64,000 nt of DNA from Waterburya sp. GTDB lineage: Bacteria > Cyanobacteriota > Cyanobacteriia > Cyanobacteriales > Xenococcaceae. Below are positions 19,540-29,429 of the stretch, piece after piece; the first letter of the stretch is position 1, and each line of letters begins with the position of its first letter. The stretch is taken from the NCBI GenBank assembly GCA_965217895.1, contig CBDCJV010000002.1, forward strand, positions 1,824,001 through 1,888,000. The letters run 5' to 3'. The position numbers were made by a program, and so were the translations under genes. Below the pieces are notes generated by a model. It was not told where the DNA came from, searched no databases, and saw nothing but the letters and a program-made list of their open reading frames with translations.

Positions 19540-20376
19540 CTATCCTTTAACTCCACTGCTAACGTCCGTCGGAATTATATATCGCTGAATCAATAAAAAT
19601 AAAATTAAAATTGGGGCAATAGAAATAACTGAACCTGCTGCTACCAATCTCCAATCTAAAGAAAAAGAACCAGCTAAATTTTCTACCGCTAGGGGTAAAG
19701 TGTAATAATCTGGATCGTCTAAGACAATTAAAGGCCAGATAAAATCACTCCAGGAGCCGATGAATACAAAAATAGCTAGAGTAAATAAGGCAGGACGAAT
19801 TGCGGGTATCATTATATTCCACCAAATACCAAGTTCAGAACAGCCATCGATACGTGCAGCTTCTTCCAACTCCAAAGGAACAGCTTTTAGTGCTTGTCTG
19901 AGCAGAAATATTCCAAATGCTGAGGCAAGATTAGGCAAAATAATTCCCATATAGGTATTTCTCAAACCTAAATTTACCGCCAAGATATATAGAGGAATCA
20001 TGATGATCTGAAAGGGAATCATAATGGTTGCCAAAATAAGAGTAAAAAGCAACTCCCGTCCGCGAAAAGACAAACGAGCTAAGGGATAGGCTGCTAATGA
20101 GCAGAAGATTAGATTTGAACCTACGGTGCAAACAGCAACAACTGTACTATTAATTAGATATTGTCCAAAAGGATAACTTTGCCAAACCGTGACAAAATTT
20201 TCCCAGGTAGGTTGAGTTGGCAATATTTGCGGGGGAAAAGCAAAAACATCTTCGGTGGGAGATTTAAAAGACGTGCCAATTAACCACATGAGAGGGAACA
20301 ACATCAAAAAAGCGATCGCGCTAAGAACTAGATACGTGACTATGGTTTTGGTTATTGATCGCTGATTTATTGTCAT
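19540..20376 (-). CDS. carbohydrate ABC transporter permease, MalG-like
   Basis: LEEAARIDGC EAA loop, WSDFIWPL. Confidence 0.9.
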   Translation of the reverse strand: MTINQRSITKTIVTYLVLSAIAFLMLFPLMWLIGTSFKSPTEDVFAFPPQILPTQPTWENFVTVWQSYPFGQYLINSTVVAVCTVGSNLIFCSLAAYPLARLSFRGRELLFTLILATIMIPFQIIMIPLYILAVNLGLRNTYMGIILPNLASAFGIFLLRQALKAVPLELEEAARIDGCSELGIWWNIMIPAIRPALFTLAIFVFIGSWSDFIWPLIVLDDPDYYTLPLAVENLAGSFSLDWRLVAAGSVISIAPILILFLLIQRYIIPTDVSSGVKG

Positions 20377-20457
20377 TTTTGTAGCAATTCAGTTTTCAGT
20401 AATTAATTATCAATAAACAATGAACAATTATCAATAAAAGTTTGTCTTGCTTAGTGA

Positions 20458-20709
20458 TTATTTCTGTTCTTTACAGCGGAATCTTCCCTCAATAAAACCC
20501 CTTTGGGCTAAATGTTTCGTTTTTCTACCTGTGACTCGCTTGCGCCACATTTTAAAGCTTGAATGTTTCATTTCTTTTCTCATCAAGGCTATGACTTCTT
20601 TTTCTTGTAAGCCAAACTGAGTTTCAATTGCGCTAAAAGGGGTACGATCTTCCCAAGCCATTTCCACAATGCGATCAATACTTTTTACGTCTAGATCGGG
20701 TAGTTTCAT
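20458..20709 (-). CDS. TIGR03643/DUF2805 family protein
   Basis: DRIVEMAWEDRTPFSAIETQFGL...SSFKMWRKRVTGRKTKH. Confidence 0.85.
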   Translation of the reverse strand: MKLPDLDVKSIDRIVEMAWEDRTPFSAIETQFGLQEKEVIALMRKEMKHSSFKMWRKRVTGRKTKHLAQRGFIEGRFRCKEQK

Positions 20710-20852
20710 AATGTTTAAATCAATTTAATTTATATATACTTTGATTTAACAACTTATTATATTTCAGCAATTATCGCTTCTGTAGCAAGATAGAACAATC
20801 AAAATTTTAGCTATAATGCCCACCAGAATGAGCTATTACCTCTTACCGAGTT

Positions 20853-21716
20853 ATGACATCCACAATTAGACAACCTCGTCGATTTCATCTGACTCTTTCC
20901 CAAAGTTTAACTATTATCGGCTTAATTATTACTCTTGGCTGTATTGCGATCGCAATATTTGCTCCCGCATTACAAGACATTGGCTGGTTACAAGATCCCT
21001 TAGAAGGTTTGGCTAATCCAGTTGACGAACCTCCAGGGGCAGATTATTGGTTTGGGACGACTCGTCAGGGATATGATGTGTTTTCCCGCACTCTTTTTGG
21101 TACTCAAGCTGCTTTAAAAGTGGTGGTGTTGGCGACAACCATTAGTTTAGTATTAGGCGTTCCTTTGGGCTTGGTAAGTGGCTACCTCGGTGGCAAAATT
21201 GATAAGGTTCTGATTTTCTTTATGGATACAATTTATACTTTACCTGGATTATTGTTGTCTGTAACTCTGGCTTTTGTGGTCGGACAGGGAGTGTTAAACG
21301 CAGCTTTAGCTCTGAGCATTGCTTATATTCCTCAATATTATCGAATCGTTCGCAACCATACTACTAGTGTCAAAACCGAGTTATTTATTGAAGCTGCCCA
21401 GGCGATGGGCGCACCTACCAGCAGGATTTTATCTCGCTATTTGTTTTTTAATGTGATTCAAAGCGTTCCTGTTTTGTTTACCTTAAATGCTGCCGATGCA
21501 ATTTTAATTCTTGGTGGTCTGGGTTTTTTGGGCTTAGGTCTACCTCCTGAAGTTCCAGAATGGGGTCACGATCTTCGTTTGGCTTTAGATGCTTTGCCCA
21601 CGGGTGTCTGGTGGTCTGCTACTTTTCCTGGTTTGGCAATGACAACTATGGTAACGGGTTTGTCTTTAGTTGGGGAAGGACTGGGAGATATGCTGAATTC
21701 AGGAATACGTAAGTAG
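20853..21716 (+). CDS. peptide ABC transporter permease, DppC-like
   Basis: WFGTTRQGYDVFSR, FIEAAQAMGA, LGFLGLG..PEWG. Confidence 0.9.
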   Translation: MTSTIRQPRRFHLTLSQSLTIIGLIITLGCIAIAIFAPALQDIGWLQDPLEGLANPVDEPPGADYWFGTTRQGYDVFSRTLFGTQAALKVVVLATTISLVLGVPLGLVSGYLGGKIDKVLIFFMDTIYTLPGLLLSVTLAFVVGQGVLNAALALSIAYIPQYYRIVRNHTTSVKTELFIEAAQAMGAPTSRILSRYLFFNVIQSVPVLFTLNAADAILILGGLGFLGLGLPPEVPEWGHDLRLALDALPTGVWWSATFPGLAMTTMVTGLSLVGEGLGDMLNSGIRK

Positions 21717-21734
21717 GGGCGATTCGCGAATCGC
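21713..21734. repeat. REP-like GTAG palindrome
   Basis: GTAGGGGCGATTCGCGAATCGC; relatives at 34679-34706 and 48562-48589. Confidence 0.6.
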
Positions 21735-21801
21735 TTGACAAACAAAAACGATTTTGCAATATTTATAGTAATAATTACCAAAATTATATCAGATTTCCAG
21801 A

Positions 21802-23169
21802 ATGAAAACAATCCTAGCAAAAGATGCCCTAAATATAAACCCTCAAGATTACTCTTTATTAACAGATTTATATCAGTTAACCATGATTGCCTGCTATGGG
21901 GGAGAAGGAATTGCCACTAAAAGAGCAAGTTTTGAGTTATTTACACGGCATTTACCTCAAGACTTTGGCTATCTAATTGCCATGGGATTGACTCAGGTAC
22001 TGGAGTATCTAGAAGCACTGAGCTTTAGTTCTGAGCAAATTCAAGCATTAAAAGATACAGGAATATTCACTCATGCACCTAAAGCATTTTGGCAGTTATT
22101 GGACTCTGGGGGTTTTACGGGAGATGTTTGGGCAGTACCAGAAGGCACGGCAATATTTGCTAATGAACCGATATTAAGAATCGAAGCTCAACTGTGGCAG
22201 GCACAGCTAGTAGAGACTTATCTGCTAAATACAATTAATTATCAAACTATAGTTGCTACCAAAGCAGCAAGAATCAGAGATGTTGCGGGAAAACAGGCGA
22301 CTATTCTCGAATTTGGCACGAGAAGGGCATTTAGTCCCCAAGGGGCAGTTTGGGCAGCTAGAGCAGCCTTATCAGCAGGATTTGACGGCACGTCGAATGT
22401 ATTGGCAGCATTAAGGCTAGGAGAAAAACCGCGAGGCACAATGGCTCATGCTTTAGTTATGGCAATAAAGGCGATCGCAGGCAGCGAAGACGAGGCTTTT
22501 AAGGCTTTTCAGAATTACTTTCCTGATGCAACTTTACTTATCGATACCTATGACACTGTAGCAGCAGCACAACGTCTACAAGTCCAAAGGGATGCAGGAG
22601 AAATTAGCGTCAAGGGAGTACGAATTGATTCAGGAGATTTGGCAGAATTATCACAAAAAGTACGCCACTATTTACCAGAGACTAAAATTTTTGCCAGCGG
22701 TGATTTAGATGAATGGGAAATCAGCAAACTACAGCAACAGGGTGCATCTTTAGACGGCTATGGCATTGGTACTAAATTAGTCACAGGTGTAACAGTCAAC
22801 GGGGTATATAAGCTAGTAGAAATAGATTCTATTGCGACTATGAAACAATCTAGCCACAAGCTCACATATCCAGGTTGCAAACAAATATTCCGTAAAGTAA
22901 TTGATGGTCACATAAGTTCAGACAGACTGGGTTTGAAAGATGAAATGCCTGATGATGATGAACAAGGTTTATTAGAAATAGTTATGCAGTCTGGGAAAAG
23001 ACTACAATCATCTGAAGGCTTGGATACAATTCGTCAGCGCGCTGCCAGTTCTGTAGCAAGTCTTCCTACTAAGGTTCGTCAAATTAGCCAGCCTTTTGCT
23101 TTTGAAGTTGATATTTCTGATGCTTTAGAGTCTTTGCGGGATGAAGTAGCTAGACGAAATAATAAGTAA
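21802..23169 (+). CDS. pncB: nicotinate phosphoribosyltransferase
   Basis: LLTDLYQLTM, EFGTRRA, GTMAHA, LLIDTYD, GVRIDSGDL. Confidence 0.95.
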   Translation: MKTILAKDALNINPQDYSLLTDLYQLTMIACYGGEGIATKRASFELFTRHLPQDFGYLIAMGLTQVLEYLEALSFSSEQIQALKDTGIFTHAPKAFWQLLDSGGFTGDVWAVPEGTAIFANEPILRIEAQLWQAQLVETYLLNTINYQTIVATKAARIRDVAGKQATILEFGTRRAFSPQGAVWAARAALSAGFDGTSNVLAALRLGEKPRGTMAHALVMAIKAIAGSEDEAFKAFQNYFPDATLLIDTYDTVAAAQRLQVQRDAGEISVKGVRIDSGDLAELSQKVRHYLPETKIFASGDLDEWEISKLQQQGASLDGYGIGTKLVTGVTVNGVYKLVEIDSIATMKQSSHKLTYPGCKQIFRKVIDGHISSDRLGLKDEMPDDDEQGLLEIVMQSGKRLQSSEGLDTIRQRAASSVASLPTKVRQISQPFAFEVDISDALESLRDEVARRNNK

Positions 23170-23212
23170 TAAGTCAGGATAATCAATACAGCCAATTTGA
23201 TCTAGAAAAAAT

Positions 23213-23452
23213 CTACCAAGTCGGATCATCGTATATATTTACCGTTAATTCTGATCTGTCTCCAGGAACAGAACTAATGCAGGCACAAATAGCTTCCCCA
23301 TCCCCTAGTTCCACTTCACAAGCATGACAAGAACCCATTAAACATCCCGTGGCAATAAACACCCCTGCTCGTTCTGCCACCTGTAACATTGGTTCTCCTG
23401 GTTCTGCTTCAACTGTAATATTGTCTGGCAGAAAACAAACCTTAATACTCAT
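23213..23452 (-). CDS. 2Fe-2S ferredoxin-like protein
   Basis: CLMGSCHAC...CAC. Confidence 0.85.
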   Translation of the reverse strand: MSIKVCFLPDNITVEAEPGEPMLQVAERAGVFIATGCLMGSCHACEVELGDGEAICACISSVPGDRSELTVNIYDDPTW

Positions 23453-23637
23453 TTACTTTTATACGCCTGATGTGAATTACTTCGTTTAGATTTATTGGTT
23501 TTCAGCTATTAGCCCTTAGCTCTTAGCTCTTAGCTACTACGATCTTCGTGTAAGGTTCGGCAAACCCTAGCTACGTAAATTAATTACAAAATTTTACTTT
23601 TGTAAAATGATTAATCGATGCATTTTGAATATGGGGG

Positions 23638-23658
23638 ATGCTGAAATTATTTCAGCAT
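23638..23658 (-). terminator. hairpin downstream of cobQ
   Basis: ATGCTGAAA-TTA-TTTCAGCAT. Confidence 0.4.
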
Positions 23659-23714
23659 ATCCAACCACGTTGTTAAAGTTTTTTAATTTACATTAGACGT
23701 TTTATAGATAACCT

Positions 23715-25208
23715 TCAATAATAATTAGACAAAATTTTCTTTAAATCTAAATGTTTTTCTACAATGTCTGCCAAGGTATTCAAAGTAGTCTCTCTTTGAT
23801 CTCGGTAATTAGAAATCCCTGTAGCTAAAGACGACATTCCCCTTTGCTTACGTAAGTGATTAATCCAAGAGCGTCGCCAAGCACCATTATCAAATAGCCC
23901 ATGAATATAGCAACCCCAAACAGACTGATTTTTGTCTACCAATCCTAAGCCAGCATCATCAAAAATTGGTCGATAATCTTCTTCTCCTCCTTCTTTAAGA
24001 CGACGACTAAGACGAGTGCGCCCTTGGTGAATTTCATAGCCGTCTACGGGTAATCCAGGTTGGGGAAAGTGGGAAATTACCTGTCTTTGACGAGCGATTT
24101 TGTTAGGGGAAAGCATAGTTGTAATTGGCAATAGATCGAGAGCATTGTATTCTCCTGCTTCTCCTTCAAAGCCTTCGGGGTCAATTATACGCTGTCCTAA
24201 GATTTGATAACCGCCACAGATACCTAATACTGTACCTCCCGCAGCAGCATAACTTTTAATTTGTTCTGCCATACCGCTTCTTTCCATTGCTAACAAATCG
24301 GCAATAGTGGTTTTAGTGCCAGGAATAATTACTGCATCAGGATGTCCTAGAGAATCTTGAATATCTATATAGTTAACGGCTACAGAAGATTCTGCCTCTA
24401 AGGGGTCAAAATCAGTAAAGTTGGCAATTCTTGGTAGCCTAATAACGTGAATATTAATATCTTGACTACTGCGACGACGATTTCTTTCTAACAAATCGAG
24501 GGAATCCTCGGAGGGAAACCGCTCATTACTCCAGGGAATTACACCTAAAACAGGTATTTTGGTCTTTTCTTCTAACCACTCGATTCCTGAGTCGAGAAGT
24601 TCTTTCTGTCCGCGAAATTTATTAATTACCACTCCTTTGACAAGCGATCGCTCTGTCGGGTCTAATAGTTCTAACGTGCCTACTACGTGAGCAAACGCGC
24701 CACCACGCTCAATATCTACCACCAAAATAGTTGGCGCATTAAGATGTTTGGCAACTCTCATGTTAGTCAGATCTCGGTGTTTGAGATTAATTTCTGCGGG
24801 GCTTCCTGCCCCCTCACAGACAACTAAATCAAATTCTAAAGATAGACGATATAAAGACTCTTGAATTACTTCCCAGCCCAAATCAAAATATTTCTCATAA
24901 TATTCGCTGGCTTTAACCGTACCTACAGCCTTGCCCTTAATAATTATCTGAGAAGTCATATCCCCTTGAGGCTTTAAGAGAATGGGGTTCATTTCTACTC
25001 TGGGGGCAACTCCTGCTGCCCAAGCCTGAACTGCCTGAGCGTGTCCTATTTCTCCTCCAGTCGATGTTACATAAGCATTTAGTGCCATGTTTTGCCCTTT
25101 AAAGGGGGCAACTCGCCAACCTTTTCTTGCCAAAATACGGCATAGTGCAGCAGTCAGGAAGGATTTTCCTGCATGAGATGTTGTCCCGACCACCATAATC
25201 GCTTTCAT
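23715..25208 (-). CDS. cobQ: cobyric acid synthase
   Basis: VGTTSHAGKS, PFKGQNMALN, EGAGSPAEINL, GICGGYQ, GYEIHQG. Confidence 0.96.
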   Translation of the reverse strand: MKAIMVVGTTSHAGKSFLTAALCRILARKGWRVAPFKGQNMALNAYVTSTGGEIGHAQAVQAWAAGVAPRVEMNPILLKPQGDMTSQIIIKGKAVGTVKASEYYEKYFDLGWEVIQESLYRLSLEFDLVVCEGAGSPAEINLKHRDLTNMRVAKHLNAPTILVVDIERGGAFAHVVGTLELLDPTERSLVKGVVINKFRGQKELLDSGIEWLEEKTKIPVLGVIPWSNERFPSEDSLDLLERNRRRSSQDINIHVIRLPRIANFTDFDPLEAESSVAVNYIDIQDSLGHPDAVIIPGTKTTIADLLAMERSGMAEQIKSYAAAGGTVLGICGGYQILGQRIIDPEGFEGEAGEYNALDLLPITTMLSPNKIARQRQVISHFPQPGLPVDGYEIHQGRTRLSRRLKEGGEEDYRPIFDDAGLGLVDKNQSVWGCYIHGLFDNGAWRRSWINHLRKQRGMSSLATGISNYRDQRETTLNTLADIVEKHLDLKKILSNYY

Positions 25209-25278
25209 CGATCGCTCCTGTGCTGGAATATATACACTGTTATAACAGCTAGATCGGCAGTTAATATTAGTGAAGCGT

Positions 25279-25674
25279 TTATTTTAACCAACGATTGAGC
25301 CAATTGAAAACTAAATCTAACAAAGAGGCAGGAGGAATCTGATTTTGTGACTGTTCCCATTGGGCTACAATCTTTCTACCCAAAGGAGTTAAACGAAAAC
25401 TATCGGTTAATCCCTGACCGTCTACTTCCCGTCTTAACAAGCCTACACTAATTAGCCAAACTAATTTGGCTTCAGTTTTTGGTTCACTAAAAGCTTGGGT
25501 GGCATAACCCAATTTAATTCCTGTTTCACCAGCAATTTGCTGAATTGGTACGCTTTGATTACGCATATCTTGGAATAGCTTAAGGCAAAAAGGAGAACAG
25601 GATAATGCTCTTTTGGCTCTATTAATTATTCTGGGAGCATAATCGACAGTGGTGCTGTCTATATTTGAAGTCAT
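25279..25674 (-). CDS. conserved cyanobacterial protein, Npun_F0494 family
   Basis: LLRREVDGQGLTDSFRLTPLGR. Confidence 0.8.
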   Translation of the reverse strand: MTSNIDSTTVDYAPRIINRAKRALSCSPFCLKLFQDMRNQSVPIQQIAGETGIKLGYATQAFSEPKTEAKLVWLISVGLLRREVDGQGLTDSFRLTPLGRKIVAQWEQSQNQIPPASLLDLVFNWLNRWLK

Positions 25675-25738
25675 TATTATTAAATATGTTTTAACTCGTC
25701 CAATTGCCGATTCAATAGTTAAATTTATGATTTAAACA

Positions 25739-27088
25739 TTATATTAAAGGTAACTCAATTGTAAATGTGCTTCCTCTATCTAATTGGCTACTAACCCTAA
25801 TTGAGCCATGATGCGATCGCACTATCGCCTGAGCAATAGCTAAACCCAATCCTGAACCTCCACTATTACGAGAGCGATCGCTATTGACGCGATAGAACCG
25901 CTCAAAAATACGGGATTGTTCTGCTTCTCGAATCCCAATTCCCGTATCTCGAATTTGAATTATGGCGTAGCGGTTATCTCGATCTAAGATCGCGGTAACT
26001 TTACCTTTTTGTGGAGTGTATTGAATCGCATTAATCACTAAATTGGCAACTAGGCGATACAGTTCGGGTTCATTTCCTGCTATTTGTAAAGCATGACAGA
26101 CACGAATATCAGTTGCTAATTTAATCTTAGAAGCTAAAGCCAAAGCAGTGAATTCTTCGGCAATATCGTTAACTAGATCGTTGAGTATAATGCGATCGCC
26201 TTGATAGTGAGTGGATAAGTTGCGATCGCTTTCTCGCTCCATTCGAGATAAAGTTAATAAATCAGCAACCAAGCCTGACATACGATTATTTTGTCGCTCA
26301 ATTGCTGCTAGAGATTCTTTTACTTCATTTTCTTGCCAGACTGGCAACAATGATACTGATTCTATTGTGGCTCTAATTGTTGCCAAAGGTGTTCTTAATT
26401 CGTGTGCCGCATCTGCTGTAAACTGCTGAATTTGGAGATAAGAACTGTATATTGGTTGCATTGCTAACCCAGCTAAATACCAAGCTGAAATAACTACCAA
26501 TATTAAAGCCAGGGGAAATCCTAATAATAAGATCCAGGCAACGTTGGCTACATAACGATTGAAATCTTGTAAACTTCTGCCAACTAATAAATATCCCCAT
26601 GGCCGATTGTCAACTGTTTCTAGGGTTAGTACAATCTGATGATAGCGATTACCCTGGTTATCTCGAAGATGAATCCAGGATTGCTGCTGAAACTTTATCG
26701 GCAAACCTCCAGGCTGGATTCCCACCACAGCCACCAAACGCCCAGAAGTATCTAATAAACGTAGATAGTAATCCCCTCGATCGACAGCGTTTATTTGATG
26801 GCGATCGCGATTATTTACCTGAGAACAATTGGTTGCCACCAGACATAAACTAGGGAATAGGTTGTTAACGGCTGGCTCTAATTTTCCTGGCTCTTGGAGA
26901 TATAGTTCCAGGCTATCGTGAAATGCACCTGCTACCGATTCAATTTCGCGATCAACTGTCACTTTATGGGCATGGGCGATCGCCTGATAAGCTCCCAAAC
27001 CACATCCGCCAAGAATGATACTCATTACTCCTGCATACCAACAGGCTAAACGCCAGCGAGTTGTTTTAAAGAGTCGATCTTGATTCAC
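25739..27088 (-). CDS. rppB: metal-responsive sensor histidine kinase, RppB/NrsS/CopS type
   Basis: two TM segments, FTADAAHELRTPL, NLVINAIQYT, DTGIG, GSGLGLAI. Confidence 0.85.
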   Translation of the reverse strand: MNQDRLFKTTRWRLACWYAGVMSIILGGCGLGAYQAIAHAHKVTVDREIESVAGAFHDSLELYLQEPGKLEPAVNNLFPSLCLVATNCSQVNNRDRHQINAVDRGDYYLRLLDTSGRLVAVVGIQPGGLPIKFQQQSWIHLRDNQGNRYHQIVLTLETVDNRPWGYLLVGRSLQDFNRYVANVAWILLLGFPLALILVVISAWYLAGLAMQPIYSSYLQIQQFTADAAHELRTPLATIRATIESVSLLPVWQENEVKESLAAIERQNNRMSGLVADLLTLSRMERESDRNLSTHYQGDRIILNDLVNDIAEEFTALALASKIKLATDIRVCHALQIAGNEPELYRLVANLVINAIQYTPQKGKVTAILDRDNRYAIIQIRDTGIGIREAEQSRIFERFYRVNSDRSRNSGGSGLGLAIAQAIVRSHHGSIRVSSQLDRGSTFTIELPLI

Positions 27089-27783
27089 AATTTGTCAGGA
27101 GAAAAACGATAACCCAAACCATAAACTGTCTCTATTACATCTTCAAATCCTTGTTGAGCTAGTTTACGTCGTAACAGTCGCATTTGCGCTGCGACTACGT
27201 TACTTATAGGCTCTGTACCCCATTCCCATAGTTGAGATAAAAGTTGTTCACGGGTCAAGATTTGCTGAGGATGGCGCATAAAATACTCTAATAGCTTAAA
27301 TTCTTTTAAAGTTAAGTTGATTTTTCGTCTTATCGCTGTTTTATCTTCGATCCATACTTGATTTGTACCATAGTTTAAAATTAACCTACCTACCTGCAAC
27401 TGTTGCGGTGCTAGATTTGGCGATCGCCTTTGTAAAGCCCTCAATCTCGCTAGTAATTCTCTCATCCCAAAGGGTTTAACGAGATAATCATCTGCACCAG
27501 CATCTAAACCCGTAACGCGATCATTCATGCTGTCTTTTGCTGTCAGCATTAATATTGGTAAATTATCTTGCTTGCGCCTCAACCGCCTCAGTAACTCGAC
27601 ACCAGATAAACCAGGTAACAACCAGTCAAATATCCCTAAATTATATTCGGTTTGCTTGTCTTCTAAATAACACCAGGCTTCTGTGCCATCTTGTACCCAG
27701 TCAACCACATAGGCTTGTTGATGGAGAGTGCGCTTAATGGCAGTGCCTAAATCAGGCTCGTCTTCTACTAATAAGATACGCAT
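27085..27783 (-). CDS. rppA: OmpR-family response regulator, RppA/NrsR/CopR type
   Basis: receiver domain (LLVEDE, DWLLP, GADDYLVKPF) and winged helix SNVVAAQMRLLRRKL. Confidence 0.85.
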   Translation of the reverse strand: MRILLVEDEPDLGTAIKRTLHQQAYVVDWVQDGTEAWCYLEDKQTEYNLGIFDWLLPGLSGVELLRRLRRKQDNLPILMLTAKDSMNDRVTGLDAGADDYLVKPFGMRELLARLRALQRRSPNLAPQQLQVGRLILNYGTNQVWIEDKTAIRRKINLTLKEFKLLEYFMRHPQQILTREQLLSQLWEWGTEPISNVVAAQMRLLRRKLAQQGFEDVIETVYGLGYRFSPDKL

Positions 27784-27861
27784 AGATACTAGCCAAAATT
27801 AACTTAACTCTGACATATTTTCGATTCTTTGACTTAAGACTAAAAACATTAACAAACAAAA

Positions 27862-27882
27862 ATGAAATCAGGATGAAATCAG
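27862..27882. promoter_or_regulatory. OmpR-type direct-repeat operator, CopR/NrsR-like
   Basis: ATGAAATCAG-G-ATGAAATCAG, 11-bp period (TTTCAT-N5-TTTCAT on minus strand), between divergent genes. Confidence 0.7.
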
Positions 27883-28004
27883 TTTCTTTCTTTAGCCATA
27901 AATTACTATTCACTCATTGGAAAGATGTGAAGATTATGCAAGCCTTATAGCTTAGATATTGTAGGCAACTACATCACGTTAAATAAATCAATTGGAATTA
28001 AATT

Positions 28005-28349
28005 ATGACAGCTACACAAACTCAATCATCTAATCTAGAATCTTGTATTCAGGCTTGCTTGGATTGCCTTAAAGACTGTGAAAACTGCGCTACTGCCTGT
28101 TTAAAAAGCGATATGGTGCAAATGATGTCCAAATGTATTGAATTATGCCGTGACTGTTCTGATACTTGCGACCTTTGCGCTCGTTTGATGATGCGTAACT
28201 CAGGTATTCATGCTCAAATGTGCGGTGTTTGCGCGCAAGCGTGCGATCGCTGTGCCGAAGAATGCGGTAGTCATGATAGCGACCACTGTAAACGTTGTGC
28301 GGAATCCTGTCGCCGTTGTGCAGAGTCTTGCCGTCAACACCGCGATTAG
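28005..28349 (+). CDS. Cys-rich four-helix-bundle copper storage protein (DUF326/Csp3-like)
   Basis: 21 Cys in CxxxC/CxxC spacing, no signal peptide; C-terminus altered by an insertion. Confidence 0.9.
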   Translation: MTATQTQSSNLESCIQACLDCLKDCENCATACLKSDMVQMMSKCIELCRDCSDTCDLCARLMMRNSGIHAQMCGVCAQACDRCAEECGSHDSDHCKRCAESCRRCAESCRQHRD

Positions 28350-28385
28350 AGATGCTCTCTGAGCGAGAGCCTCTCTCGCGGTCAA
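28338..28385. mobile_element. 48-bp palindromic mini-insertion
   Basis: hairpin ACCGCGA..GCTCTC-TGAGC-GAGAGC..TCGCGGT; GTCAA repeated at 28333-28337 and 28381-28385. Confidence 0.75.
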
Positions 28386-28638
28386 ATGGCAGCAGCATAA
28401 ATTTTAAGGTATTGCCATCGGTTTATATAAAAGTAGTCTGGGAGACTAGAGGACTGGGGGACTGGGAGATCGTTTGTTACTTGTTAACTCTTCCCTACTT
28501 GCTACTCTCCGCTCGTTTTTTAAATCGTTTTGCACTAAAGAGATCGCTTTCAACTAGAATCTACAACCCTTTCAGAATATTTATCTGTTTGTGACAACAA
28601 AATTAGCTGCATTGATAATTACTTCTCGTGCGATCGCT

Positions 28639-28935
28639 TTAAACTGAAAATATTTCTACTAAAATATCAGCCATTAATTGACATTCTTCTGTATTAATCA
28701 TCCATAATTTCTTTATATCTACACCAATTACTAAACCTTGCTCTCCTACGATTCTTGCCAAGGGAATGGCTACTAAACCAGTTCCCGTACATACATCAAG
28801 AATTGTTTGACTTGATCGCAAAGTTACAAAATCTAATAGTCTTTGAGCGTTTTCAGGATGTCCCCTATCTTCAGAATCATAAGCAGTTCTATTGTTAAAA
28901 AAATCAACTATTCTTTGCTGATAGTTTTTCTGCAT
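28639..28935 (-). pseudogene. truncated class I SAM methyltransferase
   Basis: motif I ILDVCTGTG and VIGVDI, then unrelated sequence and a stop at 98 aa. Confidence 0.75.
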
Positions 28936-28979
28936 TTCTAATCAGTAATTGAGTTTAGTAATCAATAAATAGTAATCAA

Positions 28980-29018
28980 TCACTGTCTTTGGCGAAACAC
29001 CTCATAAAGTGCGATCGC
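28980..29018 (-). repeat. displaced rlmB 3' end, relic 2
   Basis: encodes [16 protein letters not shown]; starts at HIP1 GCGATCGC. Confidence 0.9.
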
Positions 29019-29270
29019 TTTTTTTCTTGGCTGTTTTCAATTTGCATAACGAAGTTAAGCTGTTAGGCTTATCGCCTTCTGTCTCAATATCAGCACACTA
29101 TTAAAAATTTAAATTTTTATTTAAATTTAGAATTGCCCGTGGGTGTTGCAGTTTTCCCAGAAAAAAGTGTGTCTGGTTTGGCTTTGGATATATTAGTGCA
29201 AATTATACAAAGCAGTATGAGTTGAAGATAGTTGCTATCCAGAGGTCTAGTAATTGGTAACCAGCAATGA

Positions 29271-29345
29271 TTATTGTCTCTGACGAAACACTTCATAAAG
29301 TGCGATCGCTGCTGCCACAGAAGCATTAAGACTAGGTGTTTTACC
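29271..29345 (-). repeat. displaced rlmB 3' end, relic 1
   Basis: encodes [28 protein letters not shown] with only synonymous changes vs 30196-30270. Confidence 0.92.
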
Positions 29346-29429
29346 TACTAGAAAATAGAGAACACAGAGTTGTTTATCAGGTTACAGATTGGATTCTTAG
29401 CTTTTCAAATTTGATGAGATCTAACGTAA

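Noticed and set aside
28617..28638. third rlmB relic at ACTTCTCGTGCGATCGCT
   Set aside because: similarity is barely more than the HIP1 site itself
29117..29326. 69-aa ORF
   Set aside because: starts in a shifted frame of the rlmB relic; no independent support
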